Source: an uncultured Candidatus Binatia bacterium (GTDB lineage: Bacteria; Desulfobacterota; Binatia; UBA9968; JAJDTQ01). Taken from it: DNA of 64,000 nucleotides. The notes under the pieces are model-generated. The model had not been told where the DNA came from. It did not search any database and was given only the letters and a program-made list of their open reading frames with translations. Shown here piece by piece: positions 21,044 to 29,838 of the stretch. The translations under genes and the position numbers were made by a program. Location of the stretch: the NCBI GenBank assembly GCA_965215605.1, contig OZ244070.1, positions 3,776,001 to 3,840,000 on the forward strand, written 5' to 3'. Position 1 is the stretch's first letter. Every line of letters begins with the position of its first letter.

Positions 21044-22361
21044 CCGGTGGACGGTGGCAGCGGGCCTCTCGATCGGACTGCTGTGGCTTGCGCTATCGGC
21101 AACCGCTCAAACTCCGGACATACAGCGCGGTGAGATCTGGCGGTATTGCGAAGAATACTTCGTCAAGGTCGAGGATCTCAAGAACGGGAAGGTCCCGGTC
21201 AGCAACGACGAGGCCCACTACCGCGTCCGTGACCTGTCGAGAGACTTCCTGCGTCTCGCCAAAGGTTTCCGGCCACGGAGTACGGAAGAGGGCCATGTTC
21301 TCGGAGAGTGCCTCAACCTTGCCAACGGCAACGCCTTGTTCTCCTTCGAGCAGGTGCAGAATCTGGAAGCCCAGGACGATGACTTCGTTGACATGGCCAC
21401 GACCGAGGCCATCAACAACTCGCGCGCCAGGGAGTTCGACACAAAAAAGGAGCTGGGACAGAAGTACGACCTCATGCGTGACGCCGAGATCGCCCGCGCG
21501 ACCTTCGATAGCGAGATCCGGGCGATAAACAACCATATCCTCGAGAATATCGCCACGGCCAATATGGCCGTGGCCCAGGCCACACGGAGTCACTTGGACC
21601 AAAGCTCCCGGTTGGGGCTCGCTCGCGGCGGGTACAACACCGCCTACGGTCCCAACGGCACCATCGTTTCCTTCAATGCCTTCTCGTTTCTCATTGCGAA
21701 GGCAAGCCAATCCATGATCAAGACGCGGTCGCAGCCACTTGCGCCGGGCCTGACGGCCTCCGCTCCCGCGGGGCAGAATGCCGCGGTGCCGGGGACCTAT
21801 ACAGCGGCGCCCCCGACTCCACCTTCCGCTCCTGGACCGGCCGGCAAGCTCTCCGCGCCCGCCCGTAAACCCGCAACCTCCGCGGCGGCGACGCCCGTGT
21901 CGGTCGCTACCGCATCAGGGGCTCCTGCATCGGCGACTCCTGCGTCAACGGCCCCAGCCTCGCCGACTACTGCATCGGCGTCGCCTGCGTCAGCACCGTC
22001 TGGCAGCAGGGTTCCTGCAACCGGCACGACCGGACCGACGTCAGCCGACACCACTGCGCTCGCGGCGGTGCCTGCCCCGGTCGACAGCAAGGCTCCCGAG
22101 GCCGATACACGCTGCGCCGCCTACCGCCTGACCGGCGATGGCGGGAAGTTCGCCGAGCTCGAAAACAAATGCGACATTCCCATCAGTTGGCTCTGGTGCT
22201 GGGTCCCGAAAGGAACGCCTGACTGCGAGCCCGACCAAGCCTCCGAAATCGTTCCCGCGAGGAGTCGCGTCCTGCTTCCCGGACCCGGGCCCGGCGAAAC
22301 CCCGCGTGCGGTGTTCCGCATCTGCGACATGTCGGATCCAGACAAGTTTTGCACGCTTTGA
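21033..22361 (+). CDS. Secreted hypothetical protein with Ala/Pro/Thr linker and C-terminal Cys-rich domain
   Basis: Signal-like WTVAAGLSIGLLWLALSATAQ, an A/P/T/S-rich linker, and six Cys in the last ~85 aa; start codon uncertain. Confidence 0.6.
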   Translation: MERNRWTVAAGLSIGLLWLALSATAQTPDIQRGEIWRYCEEYFVKVEDLKNGKVPVSNDEAHYRVRDLSRDFLRLAKGFRPRSTEEGHVLGECLNLANGNALFSFEQVQNLEAQDDDFVDMATTEAINNSRAREFDTKKELGQKYDLMRDAEIARATFDSEIRAINNHILENIATANMAVAQATRSHLDQSSRLGLARGGYNTAYGPNGTIVSFNAFSFLIAKASQSMIKTRSQPLAPGLTASAPAGQNAAVPGTYTAAPPTPPSAPGPAGKLSAPARKPATSAAATPVSVATASGAPASATPASTAPASPTTASASPASAPSGSRVPATGTTGPTSADTTALAAVPAPVDSKAPEADTRCAAYRLTGDGGKFAELENKCDIPISWLWCWVPKGTPDCEPDQASEIVPARSRVLLPGPGPGETPRAVFRICDMSDPDKFCTL

Positions 22362-22362
22362 C

Positions 22363-24807
22363 ATGGTGCTGCTTCCGAACAACGCGAAGATCGCAGAATA
22401 CAAGATTCTCGGGCATCTCGGCAGCGGCGGGTTCGCCAACACCTACCGGGCGTACGACAGCAATCTCGACAAGGACGTCGCGATCAAGGAGTTCTTTCCG
22501 AGGCGGTACTGCAGCCGGGACGAGAACTATCGGGTGCTTCCCCTTCCCGGTGAGGAGGAGCGGTTCCGGTCCTTGCGCGACTCCTTCCTGCGGGAAGCCC
22601 GCATCCTCGCCCAGTTCGACGAAAAAAACATCGTCAAGGTGCTGCGCTATTTCGAGGGCCTCGAAACCGCGTACATGATCATGGAGTACGTGGACGGCCG
22701 GAATCTCGGTTCGGTGATCCAGGAAAATGTCGTTCAGCCCGAGGATAGGGTCGTGGGCTGGCTCCGTGGACTTCTTCGCGGGCTCGGGACGGTCCACGCC
22801 GGCAAAGTCATCCACGGCGATATCAAACCGAGGAACATCATCATTACCGAGTCCGACGAAGCGGTGCTGATCGATTTCGGCGCGGCGGTCGCCCATGACG
22901 CGGATTCCGACGACGGCGCCGCCGAGGTGACGGAGACCGCCGGGGAGGTCTTCGCCAGTCTCAACTATGCCGCCCCCGAGCAGCTTCACGGCGACCGCGT
23001 CGATCAACGCACCGATCTCTATTCGCTTGGCTCCGTCTTCTACGAACTCGTTACCCACGAAAGACTCGGCCGGGACCGGACGGAGGAGATCGCCGAGGAC
23101 CAGATCCTGGCCTATGGCCGGTTCTACGGCGCCCGCTTTCTGAGGACCATTCATCGCGCGATCCAGCTCGATCCGGAGACCCGATTTTCCGATTCCGAGA
23201 GCTGGCTCGAAGAGTTGACGCTGTCGCGATGGGAGAAGACCGGGAGATTTCTGCGCCGAAGGCGCAAATCGCTGATCGCGGCGGCCGTGGTTCTCGCCGC
23301 CGCAACCTACGCCGTGAACTACGTCGTCGAGAACGAGATCGACCGCGAAAACGCTTATTTCAAGATCCTGGCGTCGAAGGCCGAGATCGACGCGCAGATG
23401 GATCTCGGGCACGGATACCGGAGGAAGTTGGAGAAGGCGCGCGACTATCTTTCCGCCTACGCAACCGAATACCGCTCGCAGGTCGACAGGCTCGCGCCCG
23501 CGAACCTGATTACGGGACGCTCCTCGGTGGAGGGCCTGCGGCAGACGGTGCGCGTGACCGAGTCCTTGGCGACAAGGCTGTCGGCCGTTGCCGCCAGGAT
23601 CGACGCGATGCAGGCGAAATACTATTTCAGCCGTTACCCGGGTGCTGTCGAGGAGGCGGACCGCCTGGTCAGGGACATCGATGCCCGGATCGCCCGTTTG
23701 ACACGGGATCTTCTCGCCGCCATCGTCGAGAATGGCATCGTCGGCGAAGGTCGCAGGCGCCGGATCCGTGTCGACAACGTCGGGCTTGCGGAGCTCGTCA
23801 CCGGGGTCAAGGAAAGCGCGGAGCCGGTCACCCTGCCGGAGATGGTGCCGAGAAGCCGGCCGCTGGTGGATTCCTTCCTCACGCGCCAGCTTGAGCGCAT
23901 GCAGCGTGCGCGGCTCGCGCGCGAACGGGCCAGCACCCTGTCAAGGCTTGCGACGCTCCGCGATGCCTACCCGAAGGGAAGCCGCGCCGCGGTATTCCCG
24001 AAACTGATCGAAGAGGCGCGTCAGGCTGATGCGTTGAAGGACCTGAAGGCGCTCGTCGCCCGAGGCGAGCGCACTGCCAAGACCATCGACCGGGAACTGC
24101 AACTCGCCGAGGTCCGCCGCAAGAAGCTGCGTGCCGAAGCCAAGCTCCGCGGCGCCATACAGAAGATCGAGGCCGGAATGCGGCCGGTTCCTCCGGGCCG
24201 GTTCAAGATGGGCGGCCCCGACCAGGGCTATGCCCAGCCGGTCCGCGAGGTCTCGGTCTCCCGGTTTTTCCTCGGAGTCAACGAAGTCAGCGTCGCCGAA
24301 TGGATGGTGTGCGTGAGAGAGAAGAAATGCGCGGCCGCAAGCGGCACCAGGATGGACCGTCCGGTCACCGGCATCACGTGGAACCAGACGCAGGAGTTCA
24401 TCCGTTGGCTGAACGGGCGCAGCAGGCGCTACCGCTTCCGGTTGCCGTCGGAGGCCGAATGGGAATACGTGATCAAGCGCTACGGCTACCGCGAGAAGGA
24501 ACTGTCAGGCGGCCTCATGTCGATCACCGCGAACAACACCAACAAGCTCGGCCTCAACGCGATGCTCGGCAATGCACTCGAATGGCTCGATGACTGCTGG
24601 CACGGCGGCTACTACCGCGCGCCCGTGGACGGCTCCTCCTGGAACCGCGGACTACAGTGCAACAAACGAGTGGTGCGCGGCAGCAGTTGGGACGGCAAGC
24701 ACCGCCTTGAAGCGAGAAACGCCGCCTATTTCCGGCCGCCTCAGGGTGTCGAGCGCACCAAGTCTTTGCCGACCCTTGGTTTTCGACTCGCGGGTGACCG
24801 GAAATGA
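22363..24807 (+). CDS. Membrane Ser/Thr protein kinase fused to a C-terminal FGE-sulfatase (SUMF1) domain
   Basis: Kinase motifs LGSGGFANTY, VAIKE, IHGDIKPRN, IDFG, YAAPEQ and DLYSLG; then a TM, a coiled coil, and FGE motifs FRLPSEAEWEY, GNALEW, RVVRGSSW and LGFRL. Confidence 0.9.
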   Translation: MVLLPNNAKIAEYKILGHLGSGGFANTYRAYDSNLDKDVAIKEFFPRRYCSRDENYRVLPLPGEEERFRSLRDSFLREARILAQFDEKNIVKVLRYFEGLETAYMIMEYVDGRNLGSVIQENVVQPEDRVVGWLRGLLRGLGTVHAGKVIHGDIKPRNIIITESDEAVLIDFGAAVAHDADSDDGAAEVTETAGEVFASLNYAAPEQLHGDRVDQRTDLYSLGSVFYELVTHERLGRDRTEEIAEDQILAYGRFYGARFLRTIHRAIQLDPETRFSDSESWLEELTLSRWEKTGRFLRRRRKSLIAAAVVLAAATYAVNYVVENEIDRENAYFKILASKAEIDAQMDLGHGYRRKLEKARDYLSAYATEYRSQVDRLAPANLITGRSSVEGLRQTVRVTESLATRLSAVAARIDAMQAKYYFSRYPGAVEEADRLVRDIDARIARLTRDLLAAIVENGIVGEGRRRRIRVDNVGLAELVTGVKESAEPVTLPEMVPRSRPLVDSFLTRQLERMQRARLARERASTLSRLATLRDAYPKGSRAAVFPKLIEEARQADALKDLKALVARGERTAKTIDRELQLAEVRRKKLRAEAKLRGAIQKIEAGMRPVPPGRFKMGGPDQGYAQPVREVSVSRFFLGVNEVSVAEWMVCVREKKCAAASGTRMDRPVTGITWNQTQEFIRWLNGRSRRYRFRLPSEAEWEYVIKRYGYREKELSGGLMSITANNTNKLGLNAMLGNALEWLDDCWHGGYYRAPVDGSSWNRGLQCNKRVVRGSSWDGKHRLEARNAAYFRPPQGVERTKSLPTLGFRLAGDRK

Positions 24808-25877
24808 AGGTGCGGCAACTCCTTTTCGGACTCCTGGCCGCGTCGCTGTTTGCCGCGGGAAACTCCGCGGCGGAAACCAGGTTCCTGTTCAGCTCCCAGT
24901 CGAAAAATCACAAGTTCAGTGTCGTGTCGGTCGACGGGGGGCTCGTGGTGGATTCACGCCTGTCTCCCTCCCTCGGTTCCGGCCTGACGCTCCGCTACAT
25001 CGCGAGGGAAACCGACATCACGATCCAGGCCGTGAACGTTCCGCCGCCTGTCGAGGTTTTCACCTACTTCAACGGCCCGCCGCCCGGCGACATCTGCAGG
25101 CATGCCGTGTTCCTCGGAGAACTTTTCGCCCCGACGGGAATCGAGCACCGTGTCTATGCCGACGGCGAGCCGAAGTGTACCGACGTCGCTCCGGCGGGTG
25201 AGGGCGCACGCCGCCTGGCCGCGGACCTGGCGGACCTCACGGAGGGGTATGTCCGGCGGCTTCTTTTCGTCGTGGGACCCGCGGCCCCGGGGAACGTTCC
25301 GGAAATCGTCTGGCAACAACGCCGGATCACTGCCAAGGAGTTCCGCGCGAAGGCGACGCTGCTGCGGGAGTTGACCACCTTGCTCGAAAACGCCCGTGAG
25401 GGCCAAGTGTCGTTTCTCTCCTCGGCGGTCTATCGCGTGTTCGGCGGTCCCGTGGTTGCGGTCATTGGGACCGCAGCGGGCGAAGCCGGACGCGTCACCC
25501 TGCTTGCCGCCGGCGACGTCGGTCCACCCTACGAGCTCTGGCTGTTTCTCGGCCTCCCTGTGGTGGCCATCGCCGTGCTGGTCCTGCTGGTTATCGTGCT
25601 CGTTCGCAGACGGCGGCGGAAACGGACGATCACGAGTTCCCCGGTCAAGAGGGTGATCCGCATCGGCTATGGCCCGGATCTCGACATTTCCCTCGGCGAC
25701 GAGGGAGAGCGCGAAGTGCTGTCCATTCGGGTCCACCAGGACGGCCTCGCTACCGCCACCGCCGTCAGTCGGGTCGACAAAATCTCGCTCAACGGCAAAC
25801 GCTTCTCCGGCACCGGCCGGATCTCCCCCGCCGATTCGCTCTTCGTCAACGACCGCAGGATCCTCTTGAGGATATGA
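24804..25877 (+). CDS. Single-pass membrane protein with possible degenerate cytoplasmic FHA-like domain
   Basis: Signal peptide, TM LWLFLGLPVVAIAVLVLLVIVLV-RRRRRKR, then IRIGYGPDLDI...LNGK...ISPADSLFV. Confidence 0.6.
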   Translation: MKVRQLLFGLLAASLFAAGNSAAETRFLFSSQSKNHKFSVVSVDGGLVVDSRLSPSLGSGLTLRYIARETDITIQAVNVPPPVEVFTYFNGPPPGDICRHAVFLGELFAPTGIEHRVYADGEPKCTDVAPAGEGARRLAADLADLTEGYVRRLLFVVGPAAPGNVPEIVWQQRRITAKEFRAKATLLRELTTLLENAREGQVSFLSSAVYRVFGGPVVAVIGTAAGEAGRVTLLAAGDVGPPYELWLFLGLPVVAIAVLVLLVIVLVRRRRRKRTITSSPVKRVIRIGYGPDLDISLGDEGEREVLSIRVHQDGLATATAVSRVDKISLNGKRFSGTGRISPADSLFVNDRRILLRI

Positions 25878-26824
25878 AACGCCGCGATCGCTCGATCGAG
25901 ACCATCAGCCTGTCCGCCATCGACCTGTTCGCGTCGGCGCTGGGAGCGTTCATCGTCATTACCGCGGTCTTGATCCCGTATTACCCCAATCTCAAGGATG
26001 GCCACCGCAATGTCGCGGTCCTCGAACGCGAAGCCCAGGAGAACCAGAAACGCACGGCGCGGGCGGTGGAAGCCGAACAACTCGCCCGTGCCGAGGCGAA
26101 ACGCCGCCGTGAGCAACAGGCGGCGGCGGCGGCGAAGGCACGCACGCAGCGGCGGCGGATCCACGCCGCCATCCAAAATGAGCACACAAAAGGTATCGCG
26201 CTCCGGAGTACCGTGAAGGACCTGACGAAGAACCTGTCGAATCTGCAAAAGGAGAATCAGGCACGGCGCAGACAGTTCGCGGGAAGGCAGTCGGAGTTTT
26301 CGATATTGGGCCTGGTCCTCAAGGCCAGGTCGATCGTCATCGTCGTCGATCTTTCCGGAAGCATGAGTAACTGGAGCGGCCTCATGGTGAAGACACTCAC
26401 CGAGATCGTTTCGTCGTTTCACGACGGGATCCGGTTCGCCATCCTCGGGTATCAGGGCACGCGCGGCGTGTCCCAGTTCTGGCCCGCGCGCAAGCAGATG
26501 GCGCTCGCGGACACGCGAAGCAAATCGAGTGCGCTGGCGTTCGTCAGGAGCCTTCCGAGCCGCTTCGATGGATCCACGCCCACCCAGACAGCGCTCTTGA
26601 CCGCCCTGGTATACAAGCCACAGGCCATTGTCCTGATCAGTGACGGTTCACCGACCGACGCCGAGCCGGACGACATCGTCGCCAAGCTCACGCGCCTCAA
26701 TCGCGGAGTCACGGCAATCCATACGGTGGCGCTTGGTGACTACCTGAAACATCCTGAGCTCGTCGTGTTCCTCAGCAAGCTCGCGGCGCGGAACAAGGGG
26801 CGTTTCGTCGGTGTGATCCGGTGA
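25874..26824 (+). CDS. TM-Asp / coiled-coil / vWA domain protein (intact MIDAS)
   Basis: N-terminal SLSAIDLFASALGAFI TM, a coiled coil, and VVDLSGSM, GSTPT, LISDGSP. Confidence 0.85.
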   Translation: MKRRDRSIETISLSAIDLFASALGAFIVITAVLIPYYPNLKDGHRNVAVLEREAQENQKRTARAVEAEQLARAEAKRRREQQAAAAAKARTQRRRIHAAIQNEHTKGIALRSTVKDLTKNLSNLQKENQARRRQFAGRQSEFSILGLVLKARSIVIVVDLSGSMSNWSGLMVKTLTEIVSSFHDGIRFAILGYQGTRGVSQFWPARKQMALADTRSKSSALAFVRSLPSRFDGSTPTQTALLTALVYKPQAIVLISDGSPTDAEPDDIVAKLTRLNRGVTAIHTVALGDYLKHPELVVFLSKLAARNKGRFVGVIR

Positions 26825-27768
26825 AGAAGAAGATCCGCGATATCGAGGTTTTCAACCTGTCCGCCCTGGACCTGTTTGCCTCGGCCATGGGCGCATTTGT
26901 CCTGCTGAGCGTGATGATGCTGCCGTACTTCTTCAAGGGCAAGGAACTGGAAGAGGTCATGGAGCATCTGAAGCAGGAGGTCGCGGCCACCGCCGCGCAA
27001 GCCGGTGAAGCCGAAGCCGCCGCGCGCACGGCCGTGACCGCCGCACGGAACGTCACCGAAGACAACGTCGCCGAGACGGGCAAGGGGGGGCGTGAACTGG
27101 CGGCGCTCCGGGCGAAGTCCGCGGAACTCTCGGCGCGAATCGATGGCCTCCGGAAGGAAATCGAACGGGAGAAGCGGAAGAAGGTCGCTGTCAAGCCTGA
27201 CAAGGGTGGGCACAAGGTCTCTTTCCGCCTGCTCGGCCTGAAAACCAACGAAGACCGCTATCTGATCCTGATCGACGGTGCGGCGAGGATCAAGAGAAAC
27301 ACAGGCAATCTGCCGAAGGTCCTGACCGAGGTGGTATCGGTCTTCGGGCCCGGAAAGGAGTTCGCCATCGCCTTCTACCGGCACGCCGCCGCCGGGCTGC
27401 TATACGAGCGCTGGCCCAAGACCGGCTTTGTCGAAGGCTCCTCCGAGACTCGGACCAAGGCGGTAGCTTTCATGAAAAAACAGTATGAAAAGATGTCGGG
27501 CCGAAGCGCCACCTACCAGGCCCTCGAACGGGCGGTCGGCGAACAGGCCGACGCGGTGATCTTCATCTCGGACGGCTTCATTTCCCGCAAGACCAATCTC
27601 GGACGCGGTCCCGTTCAGGTCATCGACGAGATCAGCGGAAAGAATTCACGGGGCATCCAGGTGAACAGCGTTGCCGTCGGCGTCTGGTTCCGCAATCCCG
27701 GCTTTGCCGACTTCATGAACCAACTCAGACTGCGGAACGGCGGCGACTTCAAGGGCGTGCCGCCCTGA
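26821..27768 (+). CDS. TM-Asp / coiled-coil / vWA domain protein (degenerate MIDAS)
   Basis: NLSALDLFASAMGAFV TM, a coiled coil, and LILIDGAAR, SATYQAL, FISDG, VNSVAVG. Confidence 0.8.
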   Translation: MKKKIRDIEVFNLSALDLFASAMGAFVLLSVMMLPYFFKGKELEEVMEHLKQEVAATAAQAGEAEAAARTAVTAARNVTEDNVAETGKGGRELAALRAKSAELSARIDGLRKEIEREKRKKVAVKPDKGGHKVSFRLLGLKTNEDRYLILIDGAARIKRNTGNLPKVLTEVVSVFGPGKEFAIAFYRHAAAGLLYERWPKTGFVEGSSETRTKAVAFMKKQYEKMSGRSATYQALERAVGEQADAVIFISDGFISRKTNLGRGPVQVIDEISGKNSRGIQVNSVAVGVWFRNPGFADFMNQLRLRNGGDFKGVPP

Positions 27769-27841
27769 TCGACAGGCAACGCGTCGAACGCGGTCTCCAT
27801 GACTCGCCGCGGTCCGGTATTGAGCCGGCCGACTGACGGCT

Positions 27842-28498
27842 TCAGAATCCGGGAGCGACTTTCCTGGTCCGCTCCAGCCCCTCCCACGTATCGATGACCT
27901 CCCGGTGGGACGCCACCAGGCCGAACTGGCGGCGGGTGTTCTCCAGGGTGCCTTCGTGGAGCACCGGGTCGGGACCGGCCATGCAGTCGTCCACCATGGT
28001 GACGTAGTAGTCCAGCATGAAGGCGTCGCGCATGGTGCTTTCCACGCACACATTGGTGGCCACGCCGGTCAGGAGGACGCTCTCGATGCCCTTGGCCCTG
28101 AGGATGGTTTCCAGGTCGGTGTTGATGAAGGCGCTGTAGCGGTGTTTGATCACCACCCGCTCGTCCGCCCGGGGCTCGATGCCGTCGAAGAAATCGGCGC
28201 CCCAGGACCCCTCGCGGCAGGTCTCGGTATCGGCGCCCTCCGGCTTGCGGTAGAGCCACGGCTCGGTGTCGGTCCACTCGCTGTGGATGGTCTGGATGTA
28301 GACGATGGGCAGGCTCACCTCCCTCGCCTCGTTGATGAGCTTGTAGAGGTTGGGCATCATCTCGAGACCTGATCTGACATCCAACCCACGCTTGGCGCAG
28401 GCACCCTCCGGGCTGCAGAAATCGTTCTGCACATCCACCACGATCAGCCCCGCCAGGGAGGGGTCGCAACGCTCCTTGAGACTTCTCAACACGCTCAT
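27842..28498 (-). CDS. Isochorismatase-family cysteine hydrolase (amidase, RutB-like)
   Basis: VVDVQNDF, KHRYSAF, and GVATNVCVESTMRDA. Confidence 0.9.
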   Translation of the reverse strand: MSVLRSLKERCDPSLAGLIVVDVQNDFCSPEGACAKRGLDVRSGLEMMPNLYKLINEAREVSLPIVYIQTIHSEWTDTEPWLYRKPEGADTETCREGSWGADFFDGIEPRADERVVIKHRYSAFINTDLETILRAKGIESVLLTGVATNVCVESTMRDAFMLDYYVTMVDDCMAGPDPVLHEGTLENTRRQFGLVASHREVIDTWEGLERTRKVAPGF

Positions 28499-28523
28499 GC
28501 CTGCCTCCTTCGAATCCCTGGCC

Positions 28524-29342
28524 TCAATCAGCCATCATTTCTTTCTGCAGCGGAGTCAGGGCATTGGAGCAGCCCACCATGCTGTTGCGCGTCACCAGCC
28601 CTACCAGTTGTTCTTCGCTCCAGTCCTCGGTCCCCTCGGGACGCTTGGGCACAACCAGGTAGCGGGTCTCGGCGGTGCTGTCCACCACCCGCACCTCCGT
28701 GGCCTCGGGCAGCTCCAGCCCCATTTCCTTCAGCACCCGGCGGGGGTCCACCACCACGCGGGTGCGGTAGTTGGTGCTCTTGTACCAGTCGGGGGGCTGG
28801 CCGAGCAGTTGCCGCGGATAACACGAGCACAGGGTGCACACCACCACGTGGTGCACGTCGTCGGTGTTCTCCACCGCGATGAGCTGGTTGGCCGTGGACA
28901 TGTCGACGCCCAACTCCTCGGCCGCGGCGATGCCGTCCTCGAACAGACGTTTCCTGTACTCGGGGTCGGTCCAGGCCCGGGCCACCACCCGGGAGCCCTG
29001 ATGCGGTGATACGCCCTCGTTCTCGTCGATCTTGCGCCTCACCTCGTCCGTGCTGATGATGCCCTTCTCGCGCAGGAGGTTGCCGAGGGCCAGCATCTGC
29101 TTTTCGAACAGCGTGTGCTCGTGCTCGGTGGTGTCGATGGGATTGTTGGCGTGGAGCTGCTCGAACACGTCGTCGTGGCTGTGGTCGTGTCCGTGCCCGT
29201 GCTTGACGCTTCGCGTCTCGTCGGCGCTGAGGACGCCCTTTTCCTTCAACAGGTCCGCGGTTGCGCGGGCCCGCCGTTCGAAGTAGCTCGGCCCCTCGGT
29301 GGATGCCGGCTCGTTGCTTGTTTCCTGTTTGTCCTTGGCCAT
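28524..29342 (-). CDS. Co-type nitrile hydratase alpha / thiocyanate hydrolase gamma-like subunit with N-terminal extension
   Basis: VVARAWTDP, VVCTLCSCYP metal motif, PDWYKS..YR.R.V.DPR, and DSTAETRYLVVP. Confidence 0.88.
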   Translation of the reverse strand: MAKDKQETSNEPASTEGPSYFERRARATADLLKEKGVLSADETRSVKHGHGHDHSHDDVFEQLHANNPIDTTEHEHTLFEKQMLALGNLLREKGIISTDEVRRKIDENEGVSPHQGSRVVARAWTDPEYRKRLFEDGIAAAEELGVDMSTANQLIAVENTDDVHHVVVCTLCSCYPRQLLGQPPDWYKSTNYRTRVVVDPRRVLKEMGLELPEATEVRVVDSTAETRYLVVPKRPEGTEDWSEEQLVGLVTRNSMVGCSNALTPLQKEMMAD

Positions 29343-29362
29343 GACGTTCTCCCGGTATGCGT

Positions 29363-29653
29363 TTATCGCAGCTCCAGCCACCGCTCGAAAATGTCCGCGT
29401 AGATCTTGTTGACACCCTTGGGCGCGGGCCGGTCGTCCCACACGTGAGCGAGTTCGAACTCGATGGAGTACAGGTTGGCCTTGGGCAGGCCGTCCTTGCC
29501 GAAGGAGAGCAGCTCCGGGTCCTTGAAGCTGCCCCTGATGTCGGCCACCACGCCGGCCTTACCCCGCAGGTACTGGGGCGAGCGGATGTGATGCCCCAGG
29601 GTCAACGTCTCCTTGACCCGCACGCGATCGCCTTGCTTGTAACGAAAACTCAT
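29363..29653 (-). CDS. Nitrile hydratase beta C-terminal SH3-like domain protein (thiocyanate hydrolase alpha-like)
   Basis: YKQGDRVRV, HHIRSPQYLRGKAG, LYSIEF, and DIFERWLE. Confidence 0.85.
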   Translation of the reverse strand: MSFRYKQGDRVRVKETLTLGHHIRSPQYLRGKAGVVADIRGSFKDPELLSFGKDGLPKANLYSIEFELAHVWDDRPAPKGVNKIYADIFERWLELR

Positions 29654-29838
29654 GGGCGCCAGTCTCGACTTTCACGGGTTGATTGTCAACTCGCGGAGCG
29701 GCCCGGGTACGCGACAGTGGCATAGATACCATCGCCATTGGTCCTGGCCGGACTCGCCGCCGGCCGGTTCAGCAAGAGAAGGCGCCTGCCGTTGCCTTGG
29801 GCGGCCAGACGCGTCAAGATCAACTGGAAGGAGGCATC

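Noticed and set aside
17007-27768. Type VI secretion system or Zorya defence system
   Set aside because: No Tss core genes (Hcp, VgrG, TssBC, TssLM, ClpV), no OmpA-domain ZorB, no long ZorA tail, and no ZorC/D/E in the window.
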